Shown piece by piece: positions 50,430-63,277 of a stretch of 64,000 nucleotides of DNA. The notes beneath the pieces were generated by a model. The model ran no database searches. It was not told the DNA's origin and saw only the letters and a program-made list of their open reading frames with translations. The DNA is from Harriotta raleighana (taxonomy: Eukaryota). The number at the start of each line of letters is the position of its first letter. The first letter of the stretch is position 1. Where the stretch lies: assembly GCA_050575255.1 (NCBI GenBank), contig JBNZDD010013632.1:2995122-3059121 (forward strand), read 5' to 3'. The translations under genes and the position numbers were made by a program.

Positions 50430-50588
50430 CAGCGAGGCAGAAGTATACGGCATGTGTTGTTCATATGTAAACTCATTTTTGTCACAAAACATGCAGTCAA
50501 TTCACTTTAGTGTATATCCTGTGAAGTGCTTTGAGACGTCTAGAAGATAAGATGCTATATCAAATGCAAGTGTTATTGCTATTATTAA
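50430..50588 (+). mobile_element. SINE 3' fragment
   Basis: cagtcaattcactttagtgtatatcctgtgaagtgctttgagacgtctagaaga..gctatatcaaatgcaag. Confidence 0.85.
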
Positions 50589-51689
50589 TTCTGAGTATTT
50601 AAAGCTTTAGCACTGGTGGTAGATTCATAATACGATAGATATATTTTGGAAACCAGGCGGCATATTTCCAGGTGCTTCCAATATTGCACTAATTTCACTG
50701 GGAAGGTATACAAAGTAGGGCTAGTCTTGCCTGATAATTGCTTCCCGGAACCATGTGCGATATGCCAGCTTCTACCCTACTGAAAACGTAAACACAGTCT
50801 GAGTCCTTTCATTCCCTGACACAACATATAGAAGCACTGTGTGCTACAGCACCATACTGTCTCCACTCCTCAAATTGTTTCATATTTCATCTCACGATTT
50901 GTTGCACACATACAACTTAATAAGCAACACAACACGTTGGTGGCATCTGTTGGTTTAACCAAGAGCAATTTCTGGCTAATACCATGGTTAATTTTTACAT
51001 TTAAATAAAATTAAATAATATTTACTGAAGCATTTTATGGAGACTTATATTCAAAATAACATTAGAAATTAACATTTGAAGTTGTGATACCGAACCATTA
51101 GGCATGGCGCAGAAAATCCAGTTTGTCACAATCTCTGTCATGTTTTTAGTCATTTCAACATGAAGAATTCCTATTGATTTAGAAAAAGGAATGTGAGTGT
51201 GGAACAAATGAGTTAAAGATCAATATCAGTCAGGATTCGTTGTGTTTAATGATAGCCATGAATTAATTTTAGTAAATAACAAGAAAAAATATAACTGTAA
51301 CATTATGAGAAGACTTGATCTGCCTTCCAAATATGGAACTTTTTCCTATAAAAGATCTGATATTTTGTGCATGTTATGGGATCAGTTGCTAGCAAATCCA
51401 GTGCAATTCTAATTTCCTTTAGGTAATCACTCTCACTTCCATTTTAGTGTAGCTTTAACGTTATTTTACTTCTAGTTTAAAAAAAACCCACCTATATGAA
51501 TCTTCTTTACCAAGTTTACCGTTTCTTCTGCCTCCCAGATTCCACTGTTTTATAATAGGGGGAGAAAAGTCGCTTCTGATTGATTGAATGTCAACTCCAA
51601 AGCCATTTTTTTTTCAAAGCCATTTGAGGAGAAGAACTCTGAGTTGAATATGATCACATCACAGGTGAAACTGGGTCACTTTCTGACGA

Positions 51690-52415
51690 GAATTTCTCAT
51701 GTCAAGTGCAGGCTTACTGCTGCTACACATTCTATCTCATCCACAACACTAGTAGCCTGATTATGCTTGGCTGAGACAACTCAGCCATTCTGTCAGGCTT
51801 GATTCATGGCATTCATGGAGCAAACGGATCAAAGTGTAATCTTTTGATTTTTTAAAATTCTGATTTGAAATTCCGTCTAGAATCTGTACATGATTAACCT
51901 CGACTCGTTGCATCATGACTAACGTTTTCCGTGCAGCAGCTTCTCAACAGTGATTTTTTTTGGGTGCAACTTTGCATTTTATAACAACTCAGTTGTTGTG
52001 ATGGCATAATCTCTTGTACGATACAGGTGAAATTTTACAGCTCTTGTGAATCCTTGACACCACACAAAGGCAGACAGGGGCACAGTAATGCTGTGACTCT
52101 GTTCTCAATAACCCGTTGAATATGATGCTACTGTTGGCAGAATGTGTAATGTATTCCTGACAAAAGATGATAGTGCATACCATCACCCAGCATCCGCATC
52201 CAATGTCCTCCATCTACTAGGTACCTCCACAGCTCAAAGGAGGAGGATGTTAGATACTTTCCCTGATGTTTCCCTATATGTGGACCTGCGGCAGAAGTTG
52301 AACCACATAGATGTTGATCATCTCTCTTGGATGTTGAAATCATGACAACAGCAGACTGAAGTGCCAGCCCTGGGAAGATCTGACTTCATCATGTGCAGGG
52401 CAGATAATAACATGA
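51690..52415 (+). mobile_element. Degraded PIF/Harbinger (HARBI1-like) transposase fossil
   Basis: Collinear broken motifs: AFMEQTDQSVI (cf. ALVERASQFI), NF-HFITTQL-CD (cf. KxFHSINVQxVCD), VKFYSSCES (cf. AKFPGSCHDS), DDSAY (cf. GDSAY), TAQRR (cf. TxAERRYN), WMLKS* (cf. GxLKxR), SPGKI (cf. YSPEK). Confidence 0.6.
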
Positions 52416-53789
52416 CAAACAAATTGTCCTGGTCAGCTGGAGATAATTTCTAGCTCAAAAAGTGGATTTACATATTTCTTACTTTCTCCTTTGAGGAATT
52501 TTTGAACATTAGCAGTATTACCTCTGTAATTAATGTAAATCTACCACCAGCTTCCATGAAACAAATTACCTTAAACTTCCCAGTGAAAAAACGACAATGT
52601 TTTGAGTGGTAAAATGTGAGCTTTGTAGTGTGAAGAAAGCAACTATTTCCCCATCATGTAACATCAGCATGAATTAGATTCACAAAATGCTTTTAAGAAG
52701 AGGTTCACACCATACTGAACAATAGTTTATTAATTTACGTATTAGCCGTATTCTGTGAAAATACAGTAAACTTTTTGTAAATATTCATCCAATGCAAAAT
52801 TGCAACAGTTGCAGGTGGAAAATGGATTTTGTTAGCAGCTAAAGTGATTGGAATTTTGTGATGAATGAATGTGGCTTAATTATCAGTGGTTCATACTTAC
52901 AGGCTTGGAATGCTACATTTCAGACTTTAATCCATCATTCAGTTCTTAAACAGACAGAGGGTATCAACAGGTTTCCAGATGTTGAAGAGGCCACTTAGGA
53001 TTCAGTCTTGAAGTTCAATTTTCTGTACTTTGCTTTCCAGTTGCACTTACAGAATTGATTTTCAGAACTTGGGGTTACAAATGCACACGCAATTGTGTAC
53101 ATCAAACTTTTCACAAGTATTCAGATTGAAAGGGAATTGTCGGTAACAACTGTTATTTTTTGCTTCAAAACACATATGGCAAGAAATGTTTTAATAAAAA
53201 CCTCACAACAACTGTAAAATATCGAATCAGCAATTTAAGAATATGATTTATTTATTATTTCAAAGTAAGTTGTGCTGGAAATTTCAGTGGAGTTCGTGAG
53301 AATATAATCACATCTAGGCATTCCAGGGGAAAATTGGTTCAGACACATAGGTTGACCCTATCAGTGCTGAATTTCTTTGGAGCTTTGAAAATGCACACAT
53401 TTGCATTGAGTAACATTGAAAATAATATATTTTATAAATGCTTTAAGTAAATTAGCATAAAATAACAAATCTCTGAACAAGACTTTCTTGAGTTGTTCCA
53501 CATGGTTTTAATTTGAAACAGTTCACTTTGGTACAAAGCATGTAACAATGTACAATTAGATTTATTTAATTGTTTTCGATAGTAACAAATGACTCACAAA
53601 AGCTTCTTGTCCATTTTGCGTAAGCCTTTCTCTTGAGCAACGTGCAAAGACTCTGTGGAGATAATGTATGAAGTTGGTGCATGAGACACAATTTTTCATT
53701 GATATTTCTACTTAATTTTTTTGCCTTGTTCAGAGATTAAATCTTAATATCTCTCCCATTCAAAGTAGCCCACTGTATCCACACAACCT

Positions 53790-54012
53790 TTCTTTCTCGA
53801 ACTCCATCCTGGAACCTCTCCAATTCGGCTCCTCCCAAACGTCTTTCAAGATCCAGGGTAAGACCTTCGTCTTTGATCGTGCCTTTGGTCATCTTTCCAC
53901 TTCCCATCCACCTCAGCTCCTACCCCCTTGGGTGCCAAGACAAGACTGTCAAGTGCCTTGAGACATCCTCCAGACATGAAAGGCACTATATAAATGTAAA
54001 TTTGTATTTTAT
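53790..54012 (+). mobile_element. L2 3' end
   Basis: ctttcaagatccagggtaagaccttcgtctttgatcgtgcctttggtca ... gtgccttgagacatcctccagacatgaaaggcactatataaatgtaa. Confidence 0.9.
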
Positions 54013-54248
54013 TATGTATTTTGTACTTATTATACTTGCAATATTTAGCAAGTACAGTTAGACTCTTAGACTCTTGAGCCTCTGGGTAATGTCCTAGATA
54101 CCATGTCATTGAGACATCTTAAAGCGCTTCATGGGATGTTACAGTGAAATTTAGTCACTGCATAATTGGAATGGGTCTACAATGCAATATTTAAAATAAG
54201 ACTCATAATTAGCAATCCTGCTATTAATTGAAAATGCCTCACTTCGAC

Positions 54249-54455
54249 ATCAACAACAACAACATCGACTTGCATTTATATAGCGCCCTCCACACTGGGT
54301 GGTGGAGCGCTTCATAATGGTGGCTTCTGAGGCCTGAGTCTGAGCCACGGGGAAAGGGAAGGTGACTGTAAGCGCAGTTGAAGCGAAAGGTCTTTGGGTG
54401 CGACCTGGGGGTGGGTGCAGAGGAGTGGAGAGATTTAAACACGAGTGACATACAG
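54249..54455 (-). mobile_element. L2 3' end of a second subfamily, internally deleted
   Basis: Minus strand LVFKSLH..AP joined to SHPKTFRF (cf. SxLKTxLF), then a tail gtggagggcgctatataaatgcaagtcga(tgt)n. Confidence 0.85.
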
Positions 54456-55308
54456 GAACTCTGCTCTGGAAATAAGAAGCATCAGACCAAAATTCCTCCA
54501 TTTCAGATCATGTTCGCGCCTGGAGTGGCTAAATATATACATAACAAAACCCGTTATGTTTATGGCTTTTCAAACCTCAATACTCAATCGTGGGCACAAC
54601 AATATTTTTAAGTGATCGTCGTTTTAAACATCATTCTGGATAGCAAACTTTGCTATTGGAGACAAAAACAAAAATAATGAATACACCTTCCTGTGCTTTA
54701 AGGTGAAAAGGCATTTTAAAAAAACAAAAAATAGAATAAGTTGCTAATGGAAAACCAAATATTTATTTTCTAAATGGTGAAAAAATGAAGCATGACACAT
54801 TTATTTGACAGTTACACAAAGCGTGTACATTAATATATAGGTTAACAAATAATATATTCTTCTGGAAGTAAGTGACCATTTTAATATGTTTTCATGCCTA
54901 CAGCTATTTAGAAAATGTAACCGTTTATATAATGTACATCAGCATTGCTTCATACACGTTTTTTTCCAAAATCACCAGTTTTTTAAATTCTCAAGTCACT
55001 TAAAATAAAATATGTTTTTACATTCGACACGTGACTTGGTTATAATTCTTTGTACATTAGCTTTAGAAGGAATACAACATCAAATTTGAATATATTGCAT
55101 TATAAGTGGCATTTTTGCATACAAGATTGTTACAGCACTATTTTACACAAAAATAACAATAATATATTCATGTCACATCACTATTTTACAGAAAAATATC
55201 AATGTAGGTATTCAATGGCAGTCAGTTGTAAATTACTCTGTGCGCAATTGTCCAATTAGCTAGCCAAACTGCAATAGAATTTCTTTAGTGATTCTATGCT
55301 GGCATAAT

Positions 55309-55327
55309 CCTCCCCTCTAGTGGCTGC
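55309..55327 (-). promoter_or_regulatory. Candidate CTCF binding motif
   Basis: Minus strand GCAGCCACTAGAGGGGAGG versus the core consensus CCAC/GYAGRKGGCRS. Motif match only. Confidence 0.4.
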
Positions 55328-55504
55328 AAAATGAAAGGTACAAATTGTTGGATGCATAGACATGTGTGGAACTGTCCAATAATTTGTGCGCACAAAGTAA
55401 TTTACAGTAATACTTCAGATAACCAATGTTAACTGAAGTATTATTGACTGGGATGAGACAGGCACTAGTGGCAACGATTTAAACAGGATCATCATGAGTC
55501 ACTC

Positions 55505-56087
55505 AAGACTCAGACTTAGGTTCTTAGTGCTGCCCACAGCATGGAAACAGCCCTGGTCAAAGTCTCTAAGGACGTTCGGAACATCTGCGACCAGGACTCT
55601 CTCTGCCTTCTTGTCCTCCTCGACCTCTCTGCTGCCTTTGATACTGTCGGCCATTCTATCCTCCTACACTGCCTCTCTCAGCTCAATCTTCCTTAGACCT
55701 GCCCTTGCCTAGTTCGAATCTTATCTTTCCCACCATCTCCACTTTGTTGCCACTAACAGCTTCTCCTCCAGCCCCTCAGGGTTCTGTCCTTGGCCCTCTC
55801 ATTTTCAACATCTGTATGTTCCCCCTTGGTGACATCATCCGCAGACATAGGGTCAACTTCCATATGTATGCGGATGGCGAGTATGTCCTTTCTCTCTGCC
55901 TCCACCCTTGATTTCAAGACCACTGCTGTCCTAACAGACTCCCTGTTGGACATCAAGTTCTGGATCAGAGCTAACTTCCTACAGTAAAATGTCAACAAAG
56001 CCGAGATCCTCCAGCACCTCCACCTCTGCAGGCCTTGGGACATCCTCCCGACGTGAAAGGCAGTATACAACCAAAATGTTGTTGTTA
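55505..56087 (+). mobile_element. L2 RT-domain fragment joined directly to the L2 3' tail
   Basis: [84 protein letters not shown], then the tail gccttgggacatcctcccgacgtgaaaggc. Confidence 0.95.
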
Positions 56088-57890
56088 CCTTGTTGCTTCA
56101 ATAAACCATGTTTGTTTATGTGGCCAGTTTTAGTTTTATAGTAGTTAGAAACTGAACAATTTCGCTGGTATAGGTGGCTAAAATTACATACATTGAAACA
56201 GGAACCTCATTGAAACAGGAACAATTAGGGTAGAATACAACTCCAAGTGATTTGAATATGTGAGCGGAGCCTAAGCAACAAGAGGAACATGTTCAGTTCA
56301 CTGTGGTTGGAAGAGTAACCAGACCTTTTCAGTCCAGAGTACCAGTGATAACATTATGTCCAATTTTGTAGGCTTTAACAACATTTTATTTTGTGTGCAT
56401 CTGAGTCAGAAATAAATGAAGAACTATTTTTAGTTGGAGATATATATAGTGTGACCTTAACCTGTCTGCTTGAAGTGAAGTAAGCTCACCTGAAATTGTA
56501 CAAGCTAATCCACAATATTCCAGGTAAGACAAACAGACACACACAAAAAGCAATTGGACATTAAAGTATTTGAAGCTGAAACAGCCAAACCTAATGATAG
56601 AAGTACATTTCCTATCACCACCACTATTTAATGAGATCAAAGTCAGTTATATAGTAAAATGGAATTCTTCAGCCCTCCTCTAAAAGGTGTAAAATTCATT
56701 CAAAATGATTGTTAAATTTGAAAATATATCCTTCTTGTGCTAATACAGCCACTTCAAAACATCGCGCAATATAAACTAGAATAATATTCAGGTACATCTA
56801 AAGACCAATTTCCTGCTGGTAATTTCAAGGCTGGAAGTAAAATCACTTAGATTTGTCCTCCCATCGTGAAAGATAAATTGTATTACCTGTATGTTGAACA
56901 ATGAACCCCCCCAAATGTACATGTAATGCTGCATTTGCTACCTTTGTGCTCCTAATGTTGTGACCACCGTTTCAAATGGTCCCTATCTAACCAAGGGAAC
57001 TTAATTTCTATCACTTCTCGTCAAAATACTATGAGGAACCTTTGTTTCCACCCCTATTGTTCTTGGCCCATTTCTGGCCACCAGGTTTCCAATCTTTACT
57101 ACCCCCAAAGTTATTTTTCTTCTCCTACTGAATGTATTTAATGGGAAGCCTTAGAGAAGTATTCTTGTCTAATATTCCCTTTGTTGACCCAAGGTGCACA
57201 AAACCAATCGTAGCAACCCATCCACTAACCCCTGAGTGGGTCTCAACCAATTTGATTGGCATTTGCTTTGGCTTTGAAAAAATGTCACTGGTCCAAATAA
57301 AAGTGCATGCAATGTTGGCCATCCTGTCAGTATAAATGAATAATGATCTCATTTAGCATGTGCCAGGCTCCAGAGAAGTGAACTCTATAATGTTGCAGCT
57401 GCTGGGTCAAACAAGAAGTGCAAATTCAAGGATACAAAGTAATAACGGTAGACAATGTAATTTGGTCATTTATTCTTTACTTGCATTTTGTCAACAAAAA
57501 ATTTATTGTTTGTGCATCCCCCCCAAAAAAAAGTGGAGTGAAAAACCTCCCTGCCTTTGGTTTGCTGTGCTGAACACTGACTTCAACAAGCTTAGTCCTC
57601 AACTGACCTCTCTGTTTCACCATTGCATTGCTTCTGCATGGTTGTATTCTACATTCCTTTATTCCTTTATTGTTTAGAAAGCATAAGGCAGAGTAATATT
57701 TATTTACTCATTGATACATTAAAGCTGCTCATTCAATGATTTTTTTAAGCCTGACCATGTTTCAGTGGATTTTTTTCCATGTGTAAGTGAATCTTTCCCA
57801 GTCATATTCCACTGGACACTATGCATATATGATGACTTCAGGACAAATCTTTAAAATAGGGACATATGCCAATGTGAACACATTTGTTAT

Positions 57891-58203
57891 GTGGAGTCCT
57901 GTAGCTCAGTGATTATAGAGTTCTCACCTTGAGAGACCTAGTTCAATTGCAGGCAGAATGAAACTTTGGGCAAGTTTCTTTACTCCACATGCCTAATAAT
58001 ATTCCTTATAAAAAAAATTGGTCATTTCAATCCACGACTGTTTGTGGGACAATATTGTGCACAATTGGCTACTGCGTTTCACCCACGTATATACAGACAC
58101 TCTACTGTATATTCTGTGAAATTCACTTTACCGTATGTTCTGTGAAGAGCTTTGAGACTCTAGAAGACATGAAAGCACTATATAATGCAAGGATTATTAT
58201 TAT
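57891..58203 (+). mobile_element. Full-length tRNA-derived SINE with a small internal duplication
   Basis: gtggagtcctgtagctcagtg head, family body, duplicated cact..actgtatattctgtgaa segment (~58098-58146), (att)n tail. Confidence 0.93.
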
Positions 58204-58237
58204 GTCACCATCTTTGACAGATATGGTGATCAGTATT

Positions 58238-58304
58238 AATACAACAGTAACAACAAATTACATGTGTATAGTTTCTTTCACCTCAAGAGGACGTCCTGAG
58301 ATGC
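58238..58304 (-). mobile_element. L2 3' tail-only insertion
   Basis: aacaacaaattacatgtgtatagtttctttcacctcaagaggacgtcctgagatgc. Confidence 0.8.
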
Positions 58305-60868
58305 TAATAACTTGACAAATGGATATCTCGTATAGAAAGAGAGGCACACGAACGTTCTTAAAAAAAACACGTGGTACATAACCTAAATTTTATATATAGT
58401 TAGCAGAAGTATCACTTATGTATGTAGAATTTGTGGGAAGCTATATTTTTTGTTTAGCAAAAGGTAGTTGAACAGTTTTTTATGTTCTGTCTGGCAACAG
58501 TATTGCAAATAACCTCTGGTAGATGCACATATTTTTCCTTTAGGAATCATTCCCACACAGGAGTTCATTGTACTTTCCCACTATTGTCCTGGTTGAGATA
58601 AGCGAAGTCAATTTAGAAACACACTCAATTTGGAAAATCCTGCTTCAGTGTAGTCATCAGCGTCGAGTGCATTTAGGCACTGATTCATTGGGGAATTTAA
58701 TTCTATTTTAACATTGAACTGGACAATAATGTGGGTGTTTGACAGAGCTCAGTGTCCTGCAGGTAGTGACTCCACATTCAGGAGAGTCTATCATTGTGTC
58801 CACACGGCCTTATTTCTCAGTTCAGGGAGCAAACGTGGCCACTTTAAGGAAACAAACAACACAACAATGTCTCGCCCCTTTTAAGAAGGTTGTTGGTTAA
58901 GGAAACTGGTCAGCTGTTGAGAATGATTACTGAGCTGGTCACTTATTATTTAAGCTCATCTCATGCAGGTCAGGGGGGGCAAGTCAGGCAGGAAGTCAGT
59001 GAGAAGAGTTTTTTTTTTTACTTGCAGAACAAGGTCTGATGAGAACAAATAGGCTGATAATGGGAGACAGCCAGCAACGCTGACCTCCTTGAAGGACTTT
59101 AAAACTGGGAACTAGCAAGTGCAGGAAACTGGAGTTTTTCTTGTCGTGCCAGGTTACAGTAGGGAACATTTGAACATTATGTAGGGAATGTGAACATTCA
59201 GAAAATACTTTGAACCTGTTAAGGTCATCTTTGTTTTCAGTGCTCCAAGTAATATTAGACACATTTAGAAAGGGATAAAAGATGATTTAGGATAGAACTT
59301 TATTAGAAGAAATAGAAAAGATCTTTTGAAGATTAAAATGCTGGGCCTTTTGTTAGTGGATGGAATGTTGCCTAGCAGTGATCTTACCACATCTTCCGGA
59401 AAGCCAAGTTGGTGACTACCATGAAACGTAAGTGGTTTTTGGTGAAGTGCGATCTTTTAAGATGAGGTGCCCTAAATAAGCGCTGACTAAGTTGATTCAG
59501 TTTCAAATTACAGTATGTATAATCTTCCTCAGCAAATCAGATATTACTTTTTGCTGCACAGAATTTAAAAAGGTGGGGTCGGATTCAGAAAAACAATTGA
59601 AGGAAAGTATACTGTGAAGACTACTCAAATAATTTACAATTGTATTTTCATATTCAATAATTGTTGAAGTAATTTGGTTTATAATTTGTTTCATTTGCCT
59701 TTAATTAAATTGGCTGCTTATCAGTATGGGTGGAAGAGGGGAGTAATGAACCTCATTTAAGAAACGGCTTGATGCTATAATAGGGGTGAGGTAGGGGGGT
59801 ATTCTGGAAGGATGAGAATAAATGAGCTAAATTGCCTTCTTCGTCCAAACCTAATTTGTGATTGGATTTCAGGAGCAGTGAAGACTGTGCAAATGAGCTG
59901 GCAGATAAGTAGAATAGAGTTGAGAGATGAAATATAAGTAACTGGAAAATGAGATGGCAACAACAATCTCATGATGGTGAAAGTGATGGGAGAAAAGATG
60001 TTGAAAGGCCTGAATAAACAAACTAAACCAAATGGGGAAGGATGTTTTGTTAAACAGTAAAGAAAATGAGAACACAGTAATGAAAGTATTGGAGTGCTGA
60101 TGCAATATAGCAAACACATGACACTGTCACTTATCTACAATCTCTTAAAATGTCCATCTTCTTTGGTTACAAACATTGAGAGCCCTCAACAATCTTATCT
60201 AAGCTTTTGTGTCAAAAAGCCAGAAAACATTTTTGCAGGATTGAAATCCTCATGTAAGCTTATCCATGCTCTTCACCATCAGCAACTGTGATATTCTCTA
60301 AAGCCTATATCTGGCCTGTGATGAAACTGTAGCTCTCTATAGCAGCTTGTAGAAGGAAAACAAACATTCTTTGTTTCTGGATGTAATAAGTCCAGTCCAT
60401 GTATCACATTGCATCATGTACTGGCCCTTTCATTTGGGGAAATGGTGCTTGACATGAGGGAGTGTTAAACGGAAAAGAAAGTGCAGGAAAAGGAAGGCAT
60501 AGAGCACAAGAAACAGAAAGGTAGACAAACATGCACAAGGGAGATCTGAAACTCGCTGGAAATTTGATGCGGTCGAATAATTATATAATGGTGAAAACTC
60601 TACAAAACAATTCTCATTTCCTTTTTTTAATAGATAATAAATGTGTCAGCTCTGAGGTTTTTAATTTGAAGAGCAAGAAATAAAAAGAGGTCTCTATTTC
60701 AAAATCAACAAATGCTTCTCATCTTGACGTAGGACAGCAAAGGCACCAAGTAATCCCCAGAGCATCACGATCAGAGAAGAAACTCACAAAGCTGAACATG
60801 ACTTAATTTGAGAAAGAAGATTAGGAGCTGCGTGAATAAGATAATCTTAATAATTGTAAATAATACTT

Positions 60869-60962
60869 AAACAATAATAATCCTTACATTTGGTGTAATC
60901 CTCTTGTATTAGGAGGATGTCTTGTAGTGTTTCATAAAATATACTTTCAAGTGCATTGACTA
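60869..60962 (-). mobile_element. Diverged SINE 3' tail
   Basis: aataataatccttacatttgg...ggatgtcttgtagtgtttcataaaatatactttcaagtgcattgact. Confidence 0.7.
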
Positions 60963-63277
60963 TTATAATAGATCTTTGAAACACTGAGAGAATTTGGTGT
61001 TGTAAGACAGGCTATTTGGACTGCCAGCGAACTAGGGAAGGGGGTTTAAAATGATCTATCTACAAGACTACAAAACTTTTTAAAACAGTATTTAGTATGT
61101 AGAACAGATGTCTAACAGTAAATATTTACAGTTTTTAACTTTGAGTTTTTAGTTAAGAAATATCTAATCAATAGACCTTTTTATGATACTTTAAAAAATA
61201 TATATAAACCAATGCAACTGCAAATATTTAATCGGCATTTGGTAGTTAATCTTGCCAAATTTTCATTTCAAAAGCACCCTGACAAGCACAAATTTGTAAT
61301 GTGGAGTTTGTTTCATTTGCATGTGCAGTATACATTTAAATGCACATAAAGTATAATCAGAAAACCAAGGCCAGCTACGCTCAACTATGCTGATACAATG
61401 CTGTTAGATTTGGTGAGCTAATCCCAGACAACATTTTGTATTTCTGTCTGACAGAAAAACATTTACGTGCTGAAGGGACTAATCATTCTGGACTTAGATG
61501 GGCAGTGCAACTCATCAAAACACATTCAAATTATTCTTGTTCTATAGTTTATAATTGCAGTAAATTGACATACTCTGGATAATTAGCCTTTGACAGTAGA
61601 ACTTAAACTTCTTTGCTGGCGGTAAATGCATTTCTATCTTTCCGGAAAACCATAGTTACAAAAATACAGAGATTGTAAGTAATTATTGTTAATTAAAACA
61701 AACTGCATTCCTGACAAAAATGCCTCAAAGATTAGTTCAAACATTTGACACTCTAATTTTTCTATAATTTTGTCTTACTTGTGCGTCATTAAAGTAATTA
61801 AACTTGACATTGTTTCTCTTTATGAAGCTCATTAGTGTTATAAGGTTTCAAATGTGTCCACTTGAACATGAGTCCCGGGAGAATCAGAAAAGTTCTGTAT
61901 CCTTTCTATCAATTCCATACAACGTTTGCTATTAGCTACGATGAGGACACTGCCTATAAAAACAGAACAATAAAGTATATTGTTTCAGGCATTTGTGTGT
62001 GCTTAACATAATTAGCATTGTTTTTCCTCTTGACATAGTTCAATATAATTTTTGAACTGTGATGAGACTGAAGGTGTTTTTTGCATGACTGAAAACAGCA
62101 CTTTGCAATCATTGGAAGTTGTTCCACATGTTCACATAAATTTTATATGGGATAAATGCTTAAGTATGCTACAGTACTTAATCACACTACATGAAAACAT
62201 TCTGAATTTAATAACAAGTTTTGCTTTCCAATGCTACTAGCAAATGGTGAATTGCAAATTAATAAATAAAAATCATGTTTTGTTCAAATTGCAATGAAGA
62301 GTTTAAAGAGCTAAAGGAGATTTGATGAACGTGGTACAACATATACCTATAATTTCTAATAAGCAAAGAGCTTTTTTTTTTAAAGTTTAAAATAGATTGA
62401 TCAGTATTTGCAAATTGAGAACAGGAGCTGTTAAATCTATTGCTTGAGTGCATGCGTGCAGAATTTAAATGGACTTAAATTAAATATTTCTCTTAAATGA
62501 ACTCAACCATACAATTGTATAGAAATTAAAGTGAATTTAAAAACTATTAAATAGAGCGTAATATATATTATGCATATTTATGGGGGACATCTGTCCAGTT
62601 TAGATTTGGACGATAGACAAGTTAATCTAGTATATAACAATTGAATTGGCACTACAGTATTTGTAAGATGCATAAAGCAGATATGTGCTCCACTAATAAG
62701 AGTGTAGTATCTGTTTACTGTTTAGATTACAGCATTAAACCTACCATTTACCCAGGACATGAAGCCGGAATCCAAATAAGTGAAGAGATTCCAACGTTAA
62801 GAAAGTGAATAAGAAGCTTTCTGGTGATGATGTGCTGATTCCCCAATGCACCATCAGTAAGTAATTAAAATGTGTGGGGGCAAACTGAACATCAGCATGG
62901 GCTTGTTTATTCTCATTATTTTATAATTCTAAAAACCCTCTAGGTGATATGACAGAGCAGTATAGAACATAATTCAGATTATTAGCATACTAATTGGACA
63001 CAAATATAGGCCCACTACAAGGGATCCAACTGAATAATTTCATATCAACCTAATTCCATGATGAACGGTTCAATATTAATTGGGAAGAATCAAATTCATT
63101 ATTAAATGTCACACTCTAATTCCCCCCCACCCACCCCCCATTCAAACTAGTATCTTCTAATTTCATATTTTACAGAAGTTCAATGATATCTTACATGTTC
63201 AGTCATTTTAAGTCGTCCCTAAAACTCTTTTAAAGAATAAGGTCAGTATGTATTATGTCAGACTCTGAGAGTATCAG

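Noticed and set aside
56191-56222. Short tandem duplications (CATTGAAACAGGAAC x2; similar ones at 27841, 51598 and 20613)
   Set aside because: Ordinary slippage-type duplications with no further structure.
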